IMG/VR virus record: IMGVR_UViG_3300005613_000011
Location: 49,267-113,266 of that record
Origin: a virus
DNA length: 64,000 nt
Strand: one strand, 5' to 3'
In this document: positions 57,818 through 64,000 of the stretch, one piece after another
How positions within the stretch are numbered: the first letter of the stretch is position 1
Layout of the letters: every line of letters begins with the position of its first letter
Position numbers and translations under genes: made by a program
Notes under the pieces: model-generated
Database searches by the model: none
The model's input: the letters and a program-made list of their open reading frames with translations, nothing else
What the model was told of the DNA's origin: nothing

Positions 57818-58219
57818 ATCAGCGAATACCATATAGTAGAGGTTGGCTTACAAGACGAGAAATGTCTTGTTGAAGCATTGCAAGAGATGGGTTATAAACC
57901 ACAGGTCCATAAGGATGCTGTGCAATTGCATGGTTATCAAGGAGACAAGAGAAAGCAACGCGCTCATATTGTTATACCGAGATCTCAGGTAGGTAGTGCA
58001 GCCAATGACGTTGGTTTCGAGAAAAAGGGCAATGAATATATATTGCATATTTCGGAATATGACAAGAGACTAAAGCGGTTAGACAAGAATAAATTGAAGC
58101 AGATTTATGCAAAAAATAAAATAGAAAAGACATTATTAAAGAAGGCTGGCAAGTACAAGTTGAAATCCAAGACTGTTGATGAAAAAGGAAGAATTCGCAT
58201 TAAAATAGGTGTAAGATGA
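57818..58219 (+). CDS. DUF1257/Ycf35-like protein, probable ATC start
   Basis: (M)SEYHIVEV..QDEKCLVEALQEMGY...L.GYQG...NDVGF...LKQIYA...GRIRI. Confidence 0.7.
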   Translation: MSEYHIVEVGLQDEKCLVEALQEMGYKPQVHKDAVQLHGYQGDKRKQRAHIVIPRSQVGSAANDVGFEKKGNEYILHISEYDKRLKRLDKNKLKQIYAKNKIEKTLLKKAGKYKLKSKTVDEKGRIRIKIGVR

Positions 58220-58302
58220 TGAGTGAGAGCAATTTATTTAAATTTGGTAAGAAATATAAATATTTATAATAATGTTGTCTGAAGAAGAAAGGCTGGTGTA
58301 TC

Positions 58303-58701
58303 ATTAGCGAATCTATTAGCGTAGCAATAAACCTGACGAACGAAATTTGTCTTGTAGAAGCCTTAAAGGAAATGGGTTTTGTTGTTGACATATTTAAGTC
58401 TCCTCAGAAAGTGCAAGGATATTATACCAGTAAAAAAAATAAGAAGGCGCATGTAATTTTAAAGAAAAAATCAAATAAAATTTATGCAGATATTGGTTTT
58501 GAAAAGGTTGATGATAAATATGTTATCCATATGGATTCTATGGATAGTCGTAAGTTGAATAAGAAAAAGTTGATACAGTTGTATGCAAAATCTCGTTTAA
58601 AATTCGAAATAAAAAGAAAGAACGCTAAGTATGCTCTGAGATCAGAGACAGTAGATAAGGATGGTAGGATTCGTATAAAAATTGGTGTCCGTGGAGTTTA
58701 A
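58303..58701 (+). CDS. DUF1257/Ycf35-like paralog, probable ATT start
   Basis: (M)SESISVAINLTNEICLVEALKEMGF...ADIGF...LIQLYA...GRIRIKIGVR aligns end to end with 57818..58219. Confidence 0.7.
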   Translation: MSESISVAINLTNEICLVEALKEMGFVVDIFKSPQKVQGYYTSKKNKKAHVILKKKSNKIYADIGFEKVDDKYVIHMDSMDSRKLNKKKLIQLYAKSRLKFEIKRKNAKYALRSETVDKDGRIRIKIGVRGV

Positions 58702-59282
58702 TGTCAAAAAGGCGCAATAAGAATTTAAAAGATCTTCGTAAAAAGCTACGCAAAACAAGAAGAAGACAGATCGAACTTGAAGAGAGATTGAGAGAAAAAA
58801 TATTAACATTTGATGCACCTGAGTTGTATCTTAAGTCAAAAGAATTGAAAGAAGGAGATGATCTCGTTTTTATTAACGATATGAGGGATGTTTTAAAGGT
58901 CACTAAAATTGGTGTAGGTCTTGCTGCCTGTCAAATAGGGGTTAATAAGAGAGTTTGTGTTTTAAGGTTTAGGCCAAGGGACTATTCCATAATAACGTTA
59001 ATTAATCCTGTTATAATTGAGAAATCTAGTGTTAATGTTGTTGGTGAAGAGGGGTGTTTGTCTTTTCCTGGTATTGTTTCTAAAGTTAAAAGACCATATA
59101 AAATAAAAGTTAAATATCTTAAAGAAGATTTTACAGAATCTATCGCTGAATTTGTAAGTTTTGAGGCAAGGGTTGTTTGTCACGAAATTGATCATTTTGA
59201 CGGAATTTGTGCGGTAGGAGATAAATACAAAGAAACAAACAGGAGTGATATTGAAAGACAAGCAGGATCGACTACTGTTTGA
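58701..59282 (+). CDS. def: Peptide deformylase with basic N-terminal extension
   Basis: GVGLAACQIG, EGCLS, HEIDH. Confidence 0.93.
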   Translation: MSKRRNKNLKDLRKKLRKTRRRQIELEERLREKILTFDAPELYLKSKELKEGDDLVFINDMRDVLKVTKIGVGLAACQIGVNKRVCVLRFRPRDYSIITLINPVIIEKSSVNVVGEEGCLSFPGIVSKVKRPYKIKVKYLKEDFTESIAEFVSFEARVVCHEIDHFDGICAVGDKYKETNRSDIERQAGSTTV

Positions 59283-60222
59283 ATGCAAAATTTGTCCACG
59301 CAGATGCAAGTTAGAACCAAAGCAAGTTGGGTTTTGTGGCACTAGGGTAGCAGATAATGATGGCATTCGTTTTGAGGGATATGGCCGTATATCCAACATG
59401 GCTGTGGAGCCAATAGAGAAAAAACCATTTTTTCATTTCAAACCTGGTACTAAAGTATTGTCTGTTGGAGGTTATGGTTGCAATTTAGATTGTGATTTTT
59501 GTAATACAAGAGAGATAAGTCAAAAGCATGATCCTGATGGATGCAAATATTTTAGTCCTAGTGCAATAGTCCATTTAGCCGTAGCAAAAGGTTGTAGTAC
59601 TGTTTGTATGGACTATTCTGAGCCTATTGTTTTTTACGAGTTTCTTATTGACCTAGCTAACAAGTGTCATGACAGAGGTATTTTCTTTGCGATTAACACT
59701 AATGCCTACGTAAATGATAATATTTGGGAAAATATTTTAGACGTTACGGATGCGTTAAATATAGATTGGAAAGGAAAGTCTTGTGTTTACCATAATAGAT
59801 GTAAATCTGATCAATCTAGACCTATTCCTATAAGCAATAGAATAGAACGGTCTATTAAAAACAATAATCACGTTGAAATAAGTATACCTGTTTATCGTGA
59901 TAGTGTCGAAGATGATTTCAAAGATTTATTATTTATAGACATTTTTAATAACGGGAAATCAGACATCCCTGTTCATGTGTTGAAAATTTTGCTAGTTGAC
60001 GAAAATAATAGTATAGCTAAGGACAATGCGGTTTTTAATATCGCTCAATTTTTAAAAAGTAATGGTTTTAATTTCGTTTATGTCCATAACATATACAGTG
60101 AAAAAGCAAAGAATATGAGAAGTACAACATGCCCTAATTGTGGGCTTGTTGTTGCTACCAGAGACCCTTTTAAATTTGAAATAAGAGAGGGTTGTAAATG
60201 TAATCAGTCAATATTCAAATGA
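59245..60222 (+). CDS. AmmeMemoRadiSam-type radical SAM protein
   Basis: CKICPRRC...GFC..R, PIEKKPFFHF, CNLDCDFC (CxxxCxxC), C-terminal TTCPNC. Confidence 0.85.
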   Translation: MILKDKQDRLLFECKICPRRCKLEPKQVGFCGTRVADNDGIRFEGYGRISNMAVEPIEKKPFFHFKPGTKVLSVGGYGCNLDCDFCNTREISQKHDPDGCKYFSPSAIVHLAVAKGCSTVCMDYSEPIVFYEFLIDLANKCHDRGIFFAINTNAYVNDNIWENILDVTDALNIDWKGKSCVYHNRCKSDQSRPIPISNRIERSIKNNNHVEISIPVYRDSVEDDFKDLLFIDIFNNGKSDIPVHVLKILLVDENNSIAKDNAVFNIAQFLKSNGFNFVYVHNIYSEKAKNMRSTTCPNCGLVVATRDPFKFEIREGCKCNQSIFK

Positions 60223-61028
60223 ATATAATAGGTCAAAAAGAATTTAAGAAACTCAAAAAGAGTGATACGATAGTTGTATATGGGTGTGGATATTCCATTA
60301 ATGATCTGACTCTTAAAGAGAAGGAGCATTTAGAAAAATTTGACAGCATCGGATTTAACTGGTTTTGTAAGAGTAAAATACCAACTACTTTTTATTTATT
60401 AAGGGAGCAGGGGACAAAAGCGTTTGCTACTAGGGGAGAGACACAAAGCGTACTTGTAAGTATGTTAAATAAGTATTACGCCGATTCTTGTCTCATTGTT
60501 GATAATTTGCGATTTTCTGCTTCAAGATGGAAGAGATTGAACTCTTATGCTTTAAAAGTAGTTAATAATAGGTTTATACAAAAAGGCGTAGTGTTAAACG
60601 AGATTTTTGCCAGGGATAAATTTGACGAATTCAAAGAAAGGATGGGGAGTAAGGGCAGGCGTTGCAAGGTTGTTGTTGAGAAAATGGCTGATTATGATAT
60701 TTTTTCTGATGGATTGATATATGATTTTTGTTCGATGACATGTGTTATGCATGTTGTTTCGTATCTAGATTATGATAAAATTATATTTGTTGGTGTAGAT
60801 TTGTACGATCATAGGTATTTTTGGTTACCAGAAAATGCTTTGAGGGCAATCACACAAATCATGGGCAGGCAGCTTGATTCTAAGCATTTTGTTCATCATT
60901 ATACTTGTAAACTTGCTAGTATATATATGGAAAAAACTGGCAAGCAGTTGTATACATTCAATTCTAATTCGCTTTTAAAAGACCATATTCCGATATATGA
61001 TAAGAGTTTGATTAAGAAAAATGGCTAA
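60219..61028 (+). CDS. Second Maf/DUF115/GT29-like putative nonulosonate transferase
   Basis: IVVYGCGYSI, SIGFN, S...VMHVVSYLDYDKIIFVGVDL. Confidence 0.6.
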   Translation: MNIIGQKEFKKLKKSDTIVVYGCGYSINDLTLKEKEHLEKFDSIGFNWFCKSKIPTTFYLLREQGTKAFATRGETQSVLVSMLNKYYADSCLIVDNLRFSASRWKRLNSYALKVVNNRFIQKGVVLNEIFARDKFDEFKERMGSKGRRCKVVVEKMADYDIFSDGLIYDFCSMTCVMHVVSYLDYDKIIFVGVDLYDHRYFWLPENALRAITQIMGRQLDSKHFVHHYTCKLASIYMEKTGKQLYTFNSNSLLKDHIPIYDKSLIKKNG

Positions 61029-62088
61029 ACCGTTAATTATTCATTATGTTGATGATTTTAATATAGGTGGAGCGCAATCGATACTATTAGAGATTTTTTA
61101 TGCCATTAATAAGTACTCGGATTATAAGCAAATTGTTCTTTCTAGAAAGGTTAAAACGCAGAAAGCGAGAATCAATGCTTTGACATATGGGGCCAGAGTG
61201 GTAGAAGTAAAGAACGTTAATTTTTCTAAAACTATAATATCACACAGACCATGTATATTAATATACCATAAGTTATTTCATTCAAATACAAATATTTATG
61301 CTAATTTATTTTCTAAGGTTCCAATAATTGTAGTTAACCACACTTATACTATTAGTAAAGCCTGGTCTAAAATAAAGAGATGTAATTATATAGTATCTGT
61401 TTGTCATAGTATGTTGAGTGCATTGTCTAAGAATAGGAAAATTTGTAGTGGTAGGATAGAAGTAATTAGGAATGGGGTAAATGCTGATCGATATGAGAAG
61501 ATTAAACCAGATAGGAAATACAGGGGTAAAGTTTTTATAACCGGCAGAATAAACAGGTTCAATAAGTGGAAATATTCTGACGGATGGCTTAAATGGTGTT
61601 CTCAAGTTAATCTGCCTAAAAAAATGATTCATGAATATATCGGTGATGGTCCATTGTTCAAAAGAGCTAGAAAGTATTTATCCAAAGTGAAACATAAACG
61701 AAACGATATTTTTTTGAAAGGACCAGTTACTGACTTCAAAAAGAAGGGTTCTATAATTAAGGCATGGGATGTTTGTTTGTATGAAATAAATGAACAAGAG
61801 GGACTTAGCGTTTCTGTTTTAGAATCGTTAGCGTGCGGAACGCCTGTTATTTGCAGCAATCATTATGGCAATAAAGAAGTTATAGAAAACGGAGTTAATG
61901 GTTATATATTTGAAGATAGGAAGCACGCTAAAAAAATATTAACGGATCTTTGTAATGATGGTAATAAACTTATGAAACTGAAACAAACGACAAGGGAGCA
62001 TTTTATGGATTCCCATTTGGATGGCAAATATATGGCAAAAGGATATATGCAACTTTTTGAAAATTTGCGTAAGCTTAAATATGCATAG
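61021..62088 (+). CDS. Glycosyltransferase family 4
   Basis: GGAQ, IRNGV, EGLSVSVLESLACGTPVI (EX7E), E.IENGVNG. Confidence 0.9.
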   Translation: MAKPLIIHYVDDFNIGGAQSILLEIFYAINKYSDYKQIVLSRKVKTQKARINALTYGARVVEVKNVNFSKTIISHRPCILIYHKLFHSNTNIYANLFSKVPIIVVNHTYTISKAWSKIKRCNYIVSVCHSMLSALSKNRKICSGRIEVIRNGVNADRYEKIKPDRKYRGKVFITGRINRFNKWKYSDGWLKWCSQVNLPKKMIHEYIGDGPLFKRARKYLSKVKHKRNDIFLKGPVTDFKKKGSIIKAWDVCLYEINEQEGLSVSVLESLACGTPVICSNHYGNKEVIENGVNGYIFEDRKHAKKILTDLCNDGNKLMKLKQTTREHFMDSHLDGKYMAKGYMQLFENLRKLKYA

Positions 62089-63016
62089 TCCTTTGAGAAT
62101 ACAATTTTTTCACAGTAAAGGTGGTGGTCCTAGTGTTTTTATGAGAAGACTCAGAAGATATTTAGTAAAACACTATGATATTCAAGTAACTGATCGTAAA
62201 CCTCATTTATACCTGTCAGCAGTTTGGAGAGGAAAACCACCTAAAGGAGCGAAGACTGTACATAGAGTGGATAATTGTTATTTTGATAAACTCAACAAAA
62301 ATAGGAATAGATTAAATGATAAAATTAAACTTGCTATAAAGAAGGCAAATGGGGTTATATATCAAAGTGAATTTTCTTTTAAGTTGTGTAAGAACGTACT
62401 CGGTTTGAGAGCATCTAAGTATGTAATAATACATAATGGTTTTGATGAATCATTGTGTGAAGATGTCGTTCAATTTGAACATGGATATAAACACTTGTTT
62501 GTAGCTTGCGCTTTATGGAGACCTATTAAACGACCAAAGTCTATAATGAGAGCTTTTAGAAAAGCAGAGATTCCTGATAGTGCTTTAGTTATGATTGGCG
62601 GAGGGATTAGGCATCCACCATCAGACCCTAGAATAATTTGTACCGGCAGTATATCTCCTGCTGAAGCTTATAGGTATTATAAGGCAGCAACGGCTGTTAT
62701 ACATATTTCTAGACATGAATCGTGTCCTAATACGGCTGTAGAAGCACTCGCTTTTGGTAAGCCTGTCATTTGTAATAATTCAGGAGGCACCAAAGAAATT
62801 GTTGGCAATGATGGCGTTGTTGTTGATATAGATCCTGTTGATAAATTTAATTCTTTTCCAATGAAAAACCCTGAAAATATCGATTATGAAAAGATTTCCC
62901 AGGCTATGAGGGAGGTTGTAAAAAAAGAGTGGGACATATCGAGACCAGACTTGAAGATGTCAACTTGCGCTAAAAGGTATATGAATTTTTTTAACAAAAT
63001 CTTAAATAAGAAATGA
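62081..63016 (+). CDS. Glycosyltransferase family 4
   Basis: GGPSVF, IHNG, ESCPNTAVEALAFGKPVI; likely start ATG 62081. Confidence 0.88.
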   Translation: MHSPLRIQFFHSKGGGPSVFMRRLRRYLVKHYDIQVTDRKPHLYLSAVWRGKPPKGAKTVHRVDNCYFDKLNKNRNRLNDKIKLAIKKANGVIYQSEFSFKLCKNVLGLRASKYVIIHNGFDESLCEDVVQFEHGYKHLFVACALWRPIKRPKSIMRAFRKAEIPDSALVMIGGGIRHPPSDPRIICTGSISPAEAYRYYKAATAVIHISRHESCPNTAVEALAFGKPVICNNSGGTKEIVGNDGVVVDIDPVDKFNSFPMKNPENIDYEKISQAMREVVKKEWDISRPDLKMSTCAKRYMNFFNKILNKK

Positions 63017-64000
63017 AAATAATTAATATTATTGACAGTTTGGAGATTAATGGTGGATCAACGATGTTTCTTGAGATGGTTGCTGGCATGCAAAAATATT
63101 GGAAAGATGATGAGATTCATACATATGTTGTTAGTAAAACAGGACAGTTTGGGAGAAAAGGATTAGTTAATTCTTCTTTTGCACCGTCTTATGGAGTTGA
63201 TTTAGAAGTTTATGATTATGCTAATTTTGAAAAAAAGGTTGCTGTCGATCTTCGTGATGCAGTTATTTTTCATCATGTACTTGGATATACAAAAAATATA
63301 ACATTTCATCAATCGTGTAAGTATGTTGTGATAAATCATAGGGATGTAAATCTAAGAAGGCTACCTTCTTTTAATGCATCTGCAATTGTATGTGTGTCTC
63401 AATATTTCGCTCAACGGACTAGAAAAGCAAAAGCTGGTAAACCCATTGTTATATTAAACGGGTGTGAAGATTATTGTAAAATTAAACCGTCTGTCCCAAG
63501 CGATAAGTTGGTTTTGGGAAGATGTCAAAGAATAGTAGCATCAAAGTTTTTAAATGAGAGAATAAAAGATAAAAGAGTAGTACAATATGTGATTGGTCCA
63601 GTCAATTTTAAAAATAAACATTTACTTCCTAGGAAGTGTAAATCGTTTGGTCCTGTCTTTGACTTGGATAAAAAAATACCTATTATTAGAAGCTTCGATT
63701 TATATCTTCATGCTACATCTTCTGTAGAAGGTTGCAGTATGTCACTTCTTGAAGCCATGTCATGCGCTGTCCCGATTGTTGCGAAGAATATAGGTGGCGG
63801 TGTAAATGAAATCATTAAACCAGGTGTTAATGGTTTCTTGTATAGAAATACGCCTGAACTAAGAAAAATTATTTTACGTCTTTTAGATGATCGTGATTAT
63901 TTGGGGCAAATAAAAGAAAGTACGTATAAATATTTTTTGCAGAAATTTCATATAAAAAACATGTTGGATAATTATAGGAAAATTTTTTGTGAGTGTAAAG
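63013..64000 (+). CDS. Glycosyltransferase family 4 (runs off the window end)
   Basis: Hand-translated MKIINIIDSLEINGG...ILNG...EGCSMSLLEAMSCAVPIV...GVNG; no stop before 64000. Confidence 0.85.
   Translation, partial: MKIINIIDSLEINGGSTMFLEMVAGMQKYWKDDEIHTYVVSKTGQFGRKGLVNSSFAPSYGVDLEVYDYANFEKKVAVDLRDAVIFHHVLGYTKNITFHQSCKYVVINHRDVNLRRLPSFNASAIVCVSQYFAQRTRKAKAGKPIVILNGCEDYCKIKPSVPSDKLVLGRCQRIVASKFLNERIKDKRVVQYVIGPVNFKNKHLLPRKCKSFGPVFDLDKKIPIIRSFDLYLHATSSVEGCSMSLLEAMSCAVPIVAKNIGGGVNEIIKPGVNGFLYRNTPELRKIILRLLDDRDYLGQIKESTYKYFLQKFHIKNMLDNYRKIFCECK

Noticed and set aside
57797-57820. Readthrough from the tandem-repeat gene into the first DUF1257-like gene as an alternative to an ATC start
   Set aside because: The second paralog has the same SD and context but no in-frame upstream gene.
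306-61859. The many short minus-strand ORFs in the supplied track
   Set aside because: They lie antisense to longer, motif-bearing genes and show no recognisable motifs.
1-64000. tRNA, rRNA or diversity-generating retroelement
   Set aside because: No cloverleaf or rRNA-like stretch, no reverse transcriptase, and no adenine-variable repeat pair was seen by eye.

Overview
AT-rich, gene-dense, almost entirely plus-strand segment that reads as part of a large (jumbo/huge) bacteriophage genome. 0.6-18 kb: very large putative virion/adhesin proteins (FN3, Asp-box/BNR, beta-helix, vWA, LamG, Kelch). 18-50 kb: glycosyltransferases, three DNA methyltransferases and a replication/recombination module (SF2 helicase, DnaC-like loader, DnaB, two-gene DnaG, DnaE, SSB, RecA, Cas4-like nuclease), plus IF-3 and SpoVS. 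52-64 kb: a nonulosonic (sialic) acid pathway (NeuA, NeuB, KdsC-like) with two putative sialyltransferase-like and three GT4 genes, peptide deformylase and a radical SAM enzyme. Three inteins are present: cis inteins in a metallophosphoesterase and in RecA, and an apparently naturally, atypically split intein (24-aa IntN, 126-aa IntC) that divides an AAA+ ATPase inside its Walker A motif. At least three genes appear to start at AUC/AUU codons in a genome that carries its own AUG-initiated IF-3. IS200/IS605 traffic is heavy: two TnpB elements, a gutted IscB/omega-RNA locus holding a 48-bp left-end/right-end hybrid mini-element, and several orphan ends and omega-RNA fragments. No tRNA, rRNA or CRISPR array was seen. 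All family calls come from motif reading, not database searches.
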